This document shows, piece after piece, positions 39,993-51,125 of a stretch of 64,000 bases of DNA (its first letter is position 1; every line of letters starts with the position of its first letter). The notes below the pieces were generated by a model. It did not search any database. It was not told where the DNA came from and saw nothing but the letters and a program-made list of their open reading frames with translations. The position numbers and the translations under genes are program-made. Origin of the DNA: a virus. The DNA is taken from positions 1 through 64,000 of the IMG/VR virus record IMGVR_UViG_3300028178_000001, one strand, 5' to 3'.

Positions 39993-41012
39993 ATGGCACG
40001 CCCAACAAAAGTAGGGATAAGTTATTTCCCGTATAACGTTGACTTTTATGAAGATGAGAAAACTGAATTTATTCCGGCTAAGTACGGATTGATCGGTGAG
40101 GCAATTACAGCAAGATTGTTAGAGCGTATTTATCGGAATGGGTATTTAACAAAATGGGATGAAGACGTTAAGATTTTGTTTGTAAGCAAATTGAGAGCGC
40201 CGGATTGTGATAATTTGAGTGAAATTGTTGACGGGGTTGTAACTGAATTATTGAAAAGAGATTTTTTTAGTAAAAAATTGTTTGACAAATACAAGGTTTT
40301 AACCGGCAGAGGGATACAAAAGAGGTATCTTAAAATTTGCGCCGATGCAAAGCGAAAACATAGTGTGATCGGTCAAGAATATAATTTGATAGATGAAGAT
40401 GAAACCCCGAAAGTTGAAACTTTAGAGTTATTTACGGAGGAAACCCCTATTGCCGCCGGAGTAATACCAGAGAAAACCCCTATTAACACGGAGAAAGCAC
40501 CGGAGTTTAGTACACAAAGTAAAGTAAATAAAACTATACAAAACAAAAGTAAAGAAGAGGAAACAAAAACAGAAGAAACTCCTTACTTTTTTACGTTTTC
40601 AAATTTTAACGATCCTTACTTTTTACAAACCGCGCTGATTGACATGGTAAAGTATTATTGTGAATTGGGAATAACAAAATCGGTAAGAACGAGGCTTTTT
40701 AATATTTTTTTTCAGAGTGTACTCCCGAAAGACCGATGTTATAAAATCGCACTCAACGTTTTTATTGAGTACAAAGGTTTTACGGCAGAACAGAAAAACT
40801 TCCGGTATTTATTTTCAAGAATTGAGGGAAAAATAAAGGATGCAATAATTATTTACCGTGAGGAATTAGCCCAAAACGATAAGGATAAAGAAAAAATTGA
40901 GGCGGAAACGGTGTTGCACGATAACGGCAAAGGACCACCAGGAGAAGAAAACTTTCAATCGATTCTTAAGGAAATTATTAATTCAAAAAGCATAGCGGAG
41001 AAAAAAGTATGA
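39993..41012 (+). CDS. Replication initiator (DUF4373/Lin1244-like N-terminus)
   Basis: 'MARP.K.G.SYFP..VDF..DEK...KYGL.G', 'LT.RGIQKRY'. Confidence 0.75.
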   Translation: MARPTKVGISYFPYNVDFYEDEKTEFIPAKYGLIGEAITARLLERIYRNGYLTKWDEDVKILFVSKLRAPDCDNLSEIVDGVVTELLKRDFFSKKLFDKYKVLTGRGIQKRYLKICADAKRKHSVIGQEYNLIDEDETPKVETLELFTEETPIAAGVIPEKTPINTEKAPEFSTQSKVNKTIQNKSKEEETKTEETPYFFTFSNFNDPYFLQTALIDMVKYYCELGITKSVRTRLFNIFFQSVLPKDRCYKIALNVFIEYKGFTAEQKNFRYLFSRIEGKIKDAIIIYREELAQNDKDKEKIEAETVLHDNGKGPPGEENFQSILKEIINSKSIAEKKV

Positions 41013-41819
41013 GCTTAGAAAAAGTTTTTGACAGGAAAAAAGTGAAAGAGGAAGCAGGGAGAATATCTCTAAAACTTGGGGAAATGCAAGGGATGTTTCA
41101 CGATTACGGAATACGTGTGTTTAACACAGAAACGAATGAACTTGAAATTGCAACCTTGCATACAGCAACAACCGCTGATTTGTTGAGTGTGATTAAATAT
41201 TATGAGGATAAAATAGGTGAAGAAACTAAAGATTTACAAGAACTGGTTAAGCAAAGGAAAGAAGAATTATTTGCTATATCGGAAAAACTTAAAGCTCAGA
41301 CGAAACCATTTGAATATATAATGATTCAATGGAGATACATTGAGCAATCCTTGATTGATTTCTTTGGATTTGGTCAACATAAAGTAGAATCAAATTCATC
41401 CACTCAATTAATTGAGGAGAACAGACCTACGGCGTTCGCATTATTGGTGGATAGATGGGAAAATGAAGAAATATCTGCCGTTGAATTGGCGCACGAAGCC
41501 CTCCAACTCGGTAAACGGCAAAACAAGATCGCCGGGATTATTTGGGAGAAGCGTTACAGCATAACTGAAGCTGATGATAAGTTCGGACGCTGGATGAGGA
41601 TTGGGAGGATAAACGATATGACAGTAGCCATAATAACCAAAGTAGAATCTGTTGGGAAAATTAAGTTTGTAGTAAAGCTCCCCAACATTAAGGGGGATGA
41701 GACCTTGCAAAACAATCTTCTTGTGGATAGCGAAGATGAAGCGATGATTGAAGCCGGAGAGTACATCCGCGGGTATGCTGATAATTTTAGAAAAATGGAA
41801 GTAAACAATTGAGGCAGAA

Positions 41820-42278
41820 ATGGCAAAAACAATTAAAAATAAATTCGGTACTTTTATTGAGGAGCATAAATGTTCGGGGAATTGCTGTAGATTCTTTTTT
41901 ATAGGAGGAGAGACGAAAGAAGGGATAACTGAAAGGATTAAAAGCGGGAAATATTCTAAGAGAGATAGACAAATCCCGGATATGTTAATTCCGTTAACAT
42001 TCGAAGAAGCGAACAAAAGAGACTTATTATTTGGTAGCGGAGAATTCCAAATGAAAACGGAAGAGGAGTATAAAAACAATGCTTTCACTTGCAAGAATCT
42101 TGATGATGAGAATGGTAAGTGTCTCATATATAAAGACCGACCGGATATGTGTAGAACGTATCCATATTGCAGAGGAGGGGAAGGGTGTGAATATAAGAAT
42201 TGCACTTTGAAATTTATAAATAGTACAGCCCCCATAACAACAGTAGGGGGGGATAAACAACTAGTGATTAAAAAATAG
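41820..42278 (+). CDS. YkgJ/CxxCxxCC-type cysteine-cluster protein
   Basis: 'CSGNCC', 'CKNL...CLIYKDRPDMCRTYP'. Confidence 0.75.
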   Translation: MAKTIKNKFGTFIEEHKCSGNCCRFFFIGGETKEGITERIKSGKYSKRDRQIPDMLIPLTFEEANKRDLLFGSGEFQMKTEEEYKNNAFTCKNLDDENGKCLIYKDRPDMCRTYPYCRGGEGCEYKNCTLKFINSTAPITTVGGDKQLVIKK

Positions 42279-42699
42279 TTTTTGTAAAATTAAATAAAAT
42301 GGAATAAGTTAACACATGAGATTTTTATTTAAATAACATCGGAGCCAAGCATGGAGAAGAGGACAAGAGTTAAGCCGCGATTTGATCTTGAGGAAGTGAA
42401 AAAAATATTTGAAGAATTATCAACGAACAAAAGTAAAAGCGAAGGGGAAACAGTAACAAAGATAGTTACGAGGTGGAGACGCGGGGAGTTGAAACGGATA
42501 GAAGTTAACGGTGAGGACGCAGGAGTCACAAGGCGTCACCAATACGAGACAAAACTTATCCGAGCATTATTAATGAGCGGGAGATACCGTCCAAATTTTA
42601 CCGGTAAACTTGAGTTCGAAGTAAAACTAATAGAGGGAGAGGTAAAGAAACTCCATTACTCAATAAGCAATTTTATTTTTTAGCAAAGGAGAAGAGATC

Positions 42700-43119
42700 A
42701 TGTCATTTACAGCAAATAAGGTAATACTTTTAGGGACGATGGGGAGAGACGCAGAGACGAGAGCCGTGGCCCAAAGTACCGTTTCATCATTTAGTGTAGC
42801 AACGGAAAGAAGTTGGAAGGACAAAGCGGGGAATTGGATTAAGGAAACGGACTGGCATAATATTGTTGTTTGGAACCCTTCGGAATATTTAAAGGAACGG
42901 TTAAAGAAAGGGGCAAAGGTTTTTATTGAGGGAGAAATGAGGACGGATTGTTTCGAAAAAGATAATGTAAAACAGTACCGGACGAAAGTTGTAGCAAGCA
43001 AAATTATCCCACTTGGCGCGAACGAAGCGCGCGGCGAGAGCAGCGAGCAAAGTAACCAGGGAGATCAGCAAGGAGAAGCGCCGCCGAATGGTGAGGCTGA
43101 AGAAGATCTGCCATTTTAA
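42700..43119 (+). CDS. ssb: Single-stranded DNA-binding protein
   Basis: 'NKVILLG', 'TDWHNIVVW', acidic tail ending 'EEDLPF'. Confidence 0.95.
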   Translation: MSFTANKVILLGTMGRDAETRAVAQSTVSSFSVATERSWKDKAGNWIKETDWHNIVVWNPSEYLKERLKKGAKVFIEGEMRTDCFEKDNVKQYRTKVVASKIIPLGANEARGESSEQSNQGDQQGEAPPNGEAEEDLPF

Positions 43120-43140
43120 GAGAAAAATAGCAAAACACAA

Positions 43141-43155
43141 TCCGCCAGAGGCGGA
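43141..43155. repeat. Short palindromic repeat TCCGCCAGAGGCGGA, copy 1
   Basis: Hairpin just after the ssb stop; identical at 52933-52947. Confidence 0.8.
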
Positions 43156-44047
43156 GTAAACACAATAAACACAAAGGAACGTACTATGAAAAAGTTATTC
43201 ATTTCAATTTTGGCATTTATTTTCTCACCGATAATAAGCGCAATAAAGGAGATTGGGGACAAAATAATCAAAATGAATAGGGAATCATTATTTGAGTTGT
43301 CTGCATCCGTTGAAGGAGAGATAAATAAATTTGGGGAGAAGGTGGAACAGCGACAATTAGATGGGAATTATTTCTTAGGAGGGAAAGCAAAAACGGATGA
43401 TAGTGATGAAGAATTGGGGATTATTCAGATCCTCTCAAATATAGTTCAACAGCTTAACCACATCGGGAAGAAAGCGGCAATGCCGTTAATATTTACAGCT
43501 AAAGGGGTTGTTGTTAATGTTTTACAATGCAAGAAGATCATGTTTGAATGCTATTGGGATAACATTAACACTTTGAGATTTCATCTAATGGTTGACGGGA
43601 TAAATTCAGACACGTTTGAATATAACTTAGAAAAGATTTCGCTTGACCCGGCATTTGATAAGTCACCGGATAAACCGGTATTTGATTTCGCGCGGATATT
43701 CTTAAAGAAACATACTACGCTTACAAATGGGAGAAAGAATATTAGTATCATAGATCACATTGCAACAAATGCAAGCAAGTTACTTATTAGCTTCGTACCG
43801 CAAAGAGACATCACCTACCATACTGAGCTTGATATGATTTGTTTTAGATCAATCATTTCAGCAGTGACACCATTTTACGAAAAGGATAAAGCCCAAACTG
43901 CAGCAGAACAACCAAAAGAAGAGCAGAACAGCGAAGGGAAAACAGAACAGACTAACATTTTCCCCTTAAATGATGCGGGTAGAACAGATGTTGCAGAACA
44001 GTCCGAAAAATCAGAACAAAAAGAACAATAAATAAGAACGAACTATA

Positions 44048-44824
44048 ATGCGGACAAAAGAATTCGACCAAGAGATAGTTGAGCTTATAAAGAAAAACGT
44101 TCCGTTTCGGGAAATAATGGTGAAATACGGCTTCAAGAGCACTTCAAAAATTGCACGGATAAAAGCCGAGTACATTGATGAGCCGAAAGGGAAAAAGACG
44201 CGCAAAGCCCGACCGATGAAGCAAGCGCACAAAAACAAACTTAGCGTTACCGCCAATGCTATTGCCATAACTAAGAAGAGCGAGATAATTGTAAACAACG
44301 TAATTGATATCCTTGCGGGGATGAAGTACAGTGTTTACAATCTTGAAAGCATACAAGGTGAGCAGAAAGAGAAAAGTGAGAAAGTTGTAGGAGAGTTAGA
44401 AGAGCTAAATAAAAAGGTAGATCAATTCTTGGATGCAAGCACGGAGGTGAGTACCGAAGCCGGAATGATTGAATTGCAGAAAGAAAAGGATGCGCTTTAT
44501 AAACGGATAGGGCTTGCAATAGCTGAGGCGGGGAACTTTTACGCAAGGGATAATTTGAGGATAAAAGCGATAGCAGAGTTAAGGAATCAGTTTAAGGCAT
44601 TTGTTGAGTTGGAGATTGTAGCAAAGGGGTTGACGCAAGTGAAGGAAGTCTTAGACACACTATTTACAGCAATGAAAATATTATCAGATAAAACTTATGT
44701 TGAATATCGAACAAGAGCAATCGAAATTAACCCAGTGGTTAGAGGATTATTCGCCAAGAACGAAGAGACCCTGGAAGAAACGATTGACAGCGCAGAAATA
44801 CTCAATAGCGATCCAGACGAGTAA
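44048..44824 (+). CDS. Putative terminase small subunit
   Basis: N-terminal HTH plus helices; overlaps the large-subunit gene. Confidence 0.55.
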   Translation: MRTKEFDQEIVELIKKNVPFREIMVKYGFKSTSKIARIKAEYIDEPKGKKTRKARPMKQAHKNKLSVTANAIAITKKSEIIVNNVIDILAGMKYSVYNLESIQGEQKEKSEKVVGELEELNKKVDQFLDASTEVSTEAGMIELQKEKDALYKRIGLAIAEAGNFYARDNLRIKAIAELRNQFKAFVELEIVAKGLTQVKEVLDTLFTAMKILSDKTYVEYRTRAIEINPVVRGLFAKNEETLEETIDSAEILNSDPDE

Positions 44825-46721
44825 GAACGCAATATACCGGCGCGATGTTGGTGAGGTTGCGGACGTACTTTCTTTTCTAAGAGAATTTCTTGGAAGAGAA
44901 CCGGGCAAACTTCAGCGAGAGGCTTATCTTGCTGTTTGGGGCGATGATCCGGCAATTTGGGATAAGAAGTTTCATGAAATAGTGTTGCTTGTTGGAATGA
45001 AGGGAGGGAAAAACTATTGGGCTGAGGGTGATATTGCTTACGCAACTTATAGGATAAGCTGTTTAGAAAATCCGCATGAATATTTTGGTAAAGTAACGGG
45101 TTCACTTGTCCCTTATCCTCCGGAAAAAACGTTTGATCTCGTAAACGTTAGCATGGTAAACGAGTTGCAAGCAAAGCGAGCGTTCTTTGAAAGTGTGAAA
45201 AACGTATTGAAGCTAACAAAAGACCCGAAGACGGGAGATAATTGGTTTGAGAGATACGCCGGGCTGGACCTTCGGGAACAGTTTGGAGATCTGAAGAAGA
45301 AAGAAATTATTTTCCCGGTAAAGAAGAGCGGCGGCGGAAGCATAAGGCTTTTATCCTTTAACAGCAGCAAGCAAGCGCCGGAAGGGATTCACATGCTCAG
45401 GGGGTATGCGGACGAACTTTCCCGGGCTGAAACAAAGGTAACTTACGCGCAGGCGGAAGGATTGCTGGAACTTCTTTTAGGCAATACAAAGGCGAGTTTC
45501 CCGGGCAACATAGGGAAAACAATGGAATGGGCTTATCCGAATGAAACAGATTTTGATCTAACAAACTACAGGTTTGAGTTATCGCAAGAACTTGACGAAC
45601 AAGGGAAGTTAAAGAATCCCGACATGTACGGAATGAAAGCCACAACCTGGGATTTTAACCCGGCAAGAACGGAAGCGATGTTTGAAAAGGAATTTAGGAC
45701 AAATCCATTACGTGCCAATTGCCGGTTCGGTTGTGTAAAGCCGATAAGCAAGGACAACTTTTACCAGCCTTACAGCTTTAAGTTGAAAGAAGCGGTTGAT
45801 CCGGCGATAAAGAACAAGATACACTACAAGCAAACCAAAGTGTATCGAAAATTAGAGAACGGACAAACAAAAACAGTTTCAAGTATTGAGGTAATAAATA
45901 TCGTAGGAGACAAGAGGGAGAGATGTTTAGCATACGACGCGGGTAAAACAAAGGATAGGTTTATTGTGGGCGTTGGTTACGGCGAAACGATTGATGTAAA
46001 AAGGATGGAGTTGTTTCTAGATGCAGAGACAGAAGTTATTCTTACCAACAAAAAACCGATTGTAGATGTGCTTGTTGTTATTGAACCATCTCCCGGTTGT
46101 CCGGTTGATTATTTGAAGATAGGCGATATCCTTTCGATATTTTTAAAAGCATTCCCAAACATAAAAACGGCGAACAGTGATCACTTCCAGAATGAAAAGC
46201 TTAGGCAGGAACTTGAGGCGAAAGGGAAGGACGCGAACACTTATAATTTTAGCAACAAACAGCAAGTGAAGCTTTACGAAATGGTAAGGTGGAACGTTTG
46301 GAACAACAACCTTGCAATTTGCGATGACACGGAAGAAACACACAAGCTGCAAATATTGATGAAGAAAATCTCTCCTTCCGGTTTGTGGGTGAGCGAGGGG
46401 GAGAAGTTATTAAACCTTGGAAATAAAATTGATCATCCGGTTTCTTCCAGCAAAGATGTGCAGGACGTTGTAGCAATATTAAACCACGATATTATGGCGC
46501 TTGAAACGCAAGGAGTAGCAGGCATGGCAGATGGAATTGACGGATTAAGCGAAGCAAAGCTAAGGGAACTTGCAGAGCAGTTTATGAATATTAAGAGCGA
46601 CTTGTTAAGGGAAGAGGTTAGCCCGGACAAGATGCTGAAGATGATAGCGGAAAAGATGAATCTTGATTTGCGGCGAACGGTAAAGTTAGCCGAGTATGTA
46701 AGGGAAATTTATGATTATTAA
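44697..46721 (+). CDS. terL: Terminase large subunit
   Basis: Walker A 'GMKGGKN', Walker B 'GYADEL', RNase H-like 'AYDAG', terminal 'IDHP..SSKDV.D'; start uncertain (TTG at 44697 or about 44784). Confidence 0.8.
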   Translation: MLNIEQEQSKLTQWLEDYSPRTKRPWKKRLTAQKYSIAIQTSKNAIYRRDVGEVADVLSFLREFLGREPGKLQREAYLAVWGDDPAIWDKKFHEIVLLVGMKGGKNYWAEGDIAYATYRISCLENPHEYFGKVTGSLVPYPPEKTFDLVNVSMVNELQAKRAFFESVKNVLKLTKDPKTGDNWFERYAGLDLREQFGDLKKKEIIFPVKKSGGGSIRLLSFNSSKQAPEGIHMLRGYADELSRAETKVTYAQAEGLLELLLGNTKASFPGNIGKTMEWAYPNETDFDLTNYRFELSQELDEQGKLKNPDMYGMKATTWDFNPARTEAMFEKEFRTNPLRANCRFGCVKPISKDNFYQPYSFKLKEAVDPAIKNKIHYKQTKVYRKLENGQTKTVSSIEVINIVGDKRERCLAYDAGKTKDRFIVGVGYGETIDVKRMELFLDAETEVILTNKKPIVDVLVVIEPSPGCPVDYLKIGDILSIFLKAFPNIKTANSDHFQNEKLRQELEAKGKDANTYNFSNKQQVKLYEMVRWNVWNNNLAICDDTEETHKLQILMKKISPSGLWVSEGEKLLNLGNKIDHPVSSSKDVQDVVAILNHDIMALETQGVAGMADGIDGLSEAKLRELAEQFMNIKSDLLREEVSPDKMLKMIAEKMNLDLRRTVKLAEYVREIYDY

Positions 46722-47074
46722 CGGGCAAGTTAAGATGAGAGAAAAGCGGATTTGTGAATATCCGCCGTGTAATAACGAGGTAACATCTCCAAACAAAGCG
46801 GTAACACATTGTTGTTGTGAATGCGGGTGCGCGGACAGGTTGTTGAAGGTGAAGAACTGTAAACAATGCGGAGGGGAAATTGATAGGAAGGGATTTATCT
46901 GCAAAAAGTGTTTTAGAGAAAATGACGAAGCGCAGCATAAAAAGGATAATGCTAAAAGAGAGGGGAGAAAGAAATCTAATTTTGAGAAGAAGTATGAAAT
47001 CCCCTTACGGCATGACATAGTTGCGTTAGCGTATGGGTGGGTACAATAATAAATAACAAAAGGAGTTCTAGATT

Positions 47075-48658
47075 ATGGAGTTTGTAGTAATTGATTTATT
47101 TAGCGGAGCGGGAGGAGTGACAACGGGGATTGAACAAGCAGTAGTTGATGGGATGAAAATAGCGACGGTTATTTGTGCAATTAACCATGACCGGCTTGCA
47201 ATTGAGAGCCATTGGAGAAACCATCCGCACGTAAAACATTTTGTTGAAGACATTAGAACGTTTGATGTGAAGAGATTACCGGAAGTCCCGTCAGATCAAT
47301 TCACAAAGAAATTTCTTTGGGCAAGTTTGGAATGTACAAATCATAGCAACGCGAAAGGAGGATTGAGCAGAGACGCAGACAGCAGGACACTTGCAGAACA
47401 TCTTCCTCCGTACATTGTAGAATTTGATCCGGAATATATCGGGATTGAAAATGTAAGAGAGTTTAAGGATTGGGGACCACTGGTACAGAAGAAAAATGGC
47501 AAAGGCGAACTGATGTTTGATAAGAAGGGAAAACCTTACATGATACCGGATAAGGAGAAGAAGGGAATTGATTTTGAGAAGTGGTTAAGATCAATTTGTG
47601 AACTTGGTTATCACTATGAAATGAAAATGTTAAATGCTGCTGATTTTGGAGCGAACACTTCCAGAAAAAGATTGTTCATATTATTTGCAAAGGAAGGAAT
47701 GCCGATTGTTTGGCCGGAACCAACACATGATAAGAACGGGAAGAATGGTTTGCCAAAATGGAGACCGGTAAAAGAGTGTTTGGATTTTTCGGATAAGGGA
47801 GAAAATATTTTTGGGAGGAAAAAAGATTTGTGTGAGAACACGTATAGAAGAATATACGCAGGACTATTAAAGTTTATTGCCAACGGGGATGAATCATTTA
47901 TAACAAAGTATTTTGGGAATAACGAACACACCGGAATTAATAACGGAAAGAGTGTAAACGAACCGAGCTTAACGGTAACAAAGCAAAACGCAGGCAACGG
48001 CATCGATGAGCCTTGCTCAACAATTTTAGTTCGTTCCGGGTTAGGGCTTGTTTCGGTAGATCATTTTATTGATATGCAGCATGGCAGTGGTAAACAGAAC
48101 GAATCTGTTAATAAACCATGCGGCGCAATATTGCCGGTTGTTAAAAAGAATCTTGTAACGGTTGAAAGGTTTATTGATCAGCAGTTTGGAGCGAGTGAAC
48201 CGATTTCGGTTGATGATGCTTGCAACACTTTAACGGCGAATCCGAAGTTTAATTTGGTATCGGCTTTTTTAATGAACCGGCAGTATAACAATGTAGGGGG
48301 AGATATTGAGAAACCTTGTTTTACTTTAATTGCCAACATGAATAAAAGACCTGGTTATTTAATACAAGTTGAAACGGGAGAGCTTGCGATTAAAGTTGAG
48401 GAGGCAGACACAGAGGACATGAAGAAAATAAAAATGTTTATGGCAGCATACGGGATAATTGCTATTTACATGAGAATGTTGAGAATTCCCGAGCTGAAAA
48501 GAATTACCGGTTTTGATGAAGATTATATTCTTGAAGGAACGCAGGCAGATCAAAAGAAGTACATAGGGAACGCGGTGCCTTCGGTATTGCCTAAATCAAT
48601 TTTTGAGGCATTGTATAGAGCAAATACTACTTATGAAGATATTAGGATAGCCGTTTGA
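47075..48658 (+). CDS. C5 DNA cytosine methyltransferase
   Basis: 'DLFSGAGG', catalytic 'ECTNHS', 'ENV', 'RKRLF', terminal 'IGNAV'. Confidence 0.9.
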   Translation: MEFVVIDLFSGAGGVTTGIEQAVVDGMKIATVICAINHDRLAIESHWRNHPHVKHFVEDIRTFDVKRLPEVPSDQFTKKFLWASLECTNHSNAKGGLSRDADSRTLAEHLPPYIVEFDPEYIGIENVREFKDWGPLVQKKNGKGELMFDKKGKPYMIPDKEKKGIDFEKWLRSICELGYHYEMKMLNAADFGANTSRKRLFILFAKEGMPIVWPEPTHDKNGKNGLPKWRPVKECLDFSDKGENIFGRKKDLCENTYRRIYAGLLKFIANGDESFITKYFGNNEHTGINNGKSVNEPSLTVTKQNAGNGIDEPCSTILVRSGLGLVSVDHFIDMQHGSGKQNESVNKPCGAILPVVKKNLVTVERFIDQQFGASEPISVDDACNTLTANPKFNLVSAFLMNRQYNNVGGDIEKPCFTLIANMNKRPGYLIQVETGELAIKVEEADTEDMKKIKMFMAAYGIIAIYMRMLRIPELKRITGFDEDYILEGTQADQKKYIGNAVPSVLPKSIFEALYRANTTYEDIRIAV

Positions 48659-48700
48659 TAATTAAATTATTTATAAATGTTAATACATAAAATAAAATAT

Positions 48701-48844
48701 ATGTTAAGTTTGAAACTGAAATATAAAATTAAATACTACTACACAAAGTTTTGCCATTTGTTTGGCTTCTGCCCGAAGTGTTTTACAAATGTTAATTATA
48801 CGCAAAGCGGAAAAGCTATTTGTCCGCGAGGATGCAAGTATTGA
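48701..48844 (+). CDS. Small Cys-rich protein, missing from ORF track
   Basis: 47 aa 'FCHLFGFCPKC...CPRGC'; its stop overlaps the next gene. Confidence 0.5.
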   Translation: MLSLKLKYKIKYYYTKFCHLFGFCPKCFTNVNYTQSGKAICPRGCKY

Positions 48845-50673
48845 GAAACATAATATTACAAGGAAATGTACTTGAAAGGTTGAAAGATATGGAAACCGGA
48901 AGTGTACACTGCATGATAACTTCGCCACCTTATTACGGAGTTAGAAATTACGGAACAGAGCCGCAGATATGGAAACCGGAAGGATACACTGCATGCGGCG
49001 AACATGAATTTTATGAAGGGAAAAAGAAACATAATTTAGGCGGATGCAGCAGCAAAAGCACATTGAGAGACATACCCGGACAAAAGGCAAAAGAGAATTG
49101 GGCAAAGGGAGCAAGTTGCGAGCATGAATTTGATACATGTACAATAATAAAAGATAAAGCTCAAAAAGATTTTTCAAAAAGTGGATTGAAGAATGACGGC
49201 AGACCGGAAGAAAAGAGAATAGCCACAAATGAAAAGTCTAAATATAATCTTCAACTAGCAACAAAAGTTTTAAGCGGTTTTTGTATTAAGTGCGGCGCAT
49301 GGAAAGGGGAACTTGGACTTGAACCAACGCCGGAGCTTTACATAGAACATGTTGTACAAATCTTCCGTGAGATAAAAAGAGTATTGCGAAAGGACGGAAC
49401 GGCTTGGCTTAACCTTGGAGATAGTTATTGGGGAAGTTGGGGAAATTACGGCGGGCAAAACCGGGGGAACGGAAAGCAGAGAGAAATTATTAACGGCAGT
49501 CAAGCGCCAAACCCCGCGTACGATGGATTAGAAGATTTTATACCACCGACAGCCACTAAACATAATTATTTAAAACCAAAAGATTTAATAGGCATACCGT
49601 GGAGAGTTGCAATAGCTTTGCAGCGAGACGGCTGGTGGTTAAGGAGCGATATAATTTGGAGCAAAAAGAACCCGATGCCCGAGAGTGTAACGGATAGACC
49701 AACCAAAGCGCATGAGTACATATTTTTACTAACGAAAAGTCAAAAGTATTATTATGATGCAGAAGCCATAAGAGAAGAAGCGGTACGATCAGGCGATACA
49801 CAGATATTTGGCGGACAAAAAGCATTGAATAACATTATTGGAGAGAATGACCCACGGTTTAGAAACGGGCATGAACAATGGGGAAGAACACACACACAAT
49901 TATCGGGAAGGAATAAGCGTTCGGTTTGGGAAGTGACCACAACGCCATTTGCAGAGGCGCACTTTGCGACATTTCCCCAAAAGCTGATTGGGCCTTGCAT
50001 ACTTGCCGGAACGAGTGAGCACGGTGTTTGTGCGGAGTGCGGGAAGCCGTATGAAAGGATTTTGGAGAAAGTTTCTAAAAGAGATTTCTTGAAAGATGCA
50101 GACAAACAATATCGAAGCAGAGCAACCGAACATCAAATAATGCCGAAAGATCAACCGAACCGAGGTTCGGTTGATACGCCAAGAGCCGCAAGCGCAACAA
50201 AATATGACACGGAAAATTCGACTGCCGGAAGGTTGCCAACCTTCCGGCAAGGGGAACGGATGTATAACACAAAATACGCTGATGAATCTCACGGGCAGCA
50301 GCTTAATGCATTTATGAGGGAACAAACCATAGTAGCGGAAAGAGATGAGAGTAGAGTGGAAGCGGAAGCGTTATATCCGGGTGATATTCAGGCACAAAAA
50401 GCGTACATAAATTACGTTCACGAGCACGGACAGTTAAGAAAAACCAAAACAATTGGATGGAAGAAAACTTGCAAGTGTGAAACGGAGAAAGTTAAACCGG
50501 CGATAGTGCTTGATCCTTTCTTTGGTGCCGGAACAACGGGCTTAGTTGCATTGAGGAGCGGAAGAAATTTTATAGGGATAGAGTTAAACGAAGAATACAT
50601 AAAGATCGCAGAGAAAAGATTAGCACCGTTTATGCAAAACTTGTTCAATCAGCAAGAAGAGGAGGCAGCGTAA
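48832..50673 (+). CDS. N6A/N4C DNA methyltransferase with Cys-rich insertions
   Basis: 'TSPPY', 'HFATFP', 'VLDPFFGAGTT', 'GIELN'. Confidence 0.9.
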   Translation: MQVLRNIILQGNVLERLKDMETGSVHCMITSPPYYGVRNYGTEPQIWKPEGYTACGEHEFYEGKKKHNLGGCSSKSTLRDIPGQKAKENWAKGASCEHEFDTCTIIKDKAQKDFSKSGLKNDGRPEEKRIATNEKSKYNLQLATKVLSGFCIKCGAWKGELGLEPTPELYIEHVVQIFREIKRVLRKDGTAWLNLGDSYWGSWGNYGGQNRGNGKQREIINGSQAPNPAYDGLEDFIPPTATKHNYLKPKDLIGIPWRVAIALQRDGWWLRSDIIWSKKNPMPESVTDRPTKAHEYIFLLTKSQKYYYDAEAIREEAVRSGDTQIFGGQKALNNIIGENDPRFRNGHEQWGRTHTQLSGRNKRSVWEVTTTPFAEAHFATFPQKLIGPCILAGTSEHGVCAECGKPYERILEKVSKRDFLKDADKQYRSRATEHQIMPKDQPNRGSVDTPRAASATKYDTENSTAGRLPTFRQGERMYNTKYADESHGQQLNAFMREQTIVAERDESRVEAEALYPGDIQAQKAYINYVHEHGQLRKTKTIGWKKTCKCETEKVKPAIVLDPFFGAGTTGLVALRSGRNFIGIELNEEYIKIAEKRLAPFMQNLFNQQEEEAA

Positions 50674-51125
50674 TGGGCAGATTTACGGGATGGACGGGAG
50701 CAGCAGTTGTAAAATTGGAAATTAGTAGAAATAGTGGAGGTAAACCGGGATTTGCTATTTCAAAAAAAGGGAAAAGAGATGATTTGGGAATTTATGTTCG
50801 TTCTACATGGGAAGCTAATTATGCGAGATATTTGAATTGGTTGGTTAAGCTGAAAGAGATAATAAGTTGGAAATATGAAAAGAAAACATTCGAGTTCCCC
50901 GTAAAAAAGGGAACTCGGTTTTATACTCCAGATTTCGAAGTGCTTACTAAAAACAACCAAATAGAATATCATGAAGTTAAAGGTTACATGACACAAAAGG
51001 GACAAACAGCATTAAACAGGATGAGTAAATATTATCCGCAAATCAAAATAATAATGGTGCAAAAGAAGGAATATGAAGCGATAGCCAAAATAAAAAATCT
51101 TATTGATGGTTGGGAGAGAGGCTGA
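50673..51125 (+). CDS. PD-(D/E)XK nuclease (DUF1064-like)
   Basis: 'RSTWEANYA', 'YTPDF', 'EVKG'. Confidence 0.75.
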   Translation: MGRFTGWTGAAVVKLEISRNSGGKPGFAISKKGKRDDLGIYVRSTWEANYARYLNWLVKLKEIISWKYEKKTFEFPVKKGTRFYTPDFEVLTKNNQIEYHEVKGYMTQKGQTALNRMSKYYPQIKIIMVQKKEYEAIAKIKNLIDGWERG

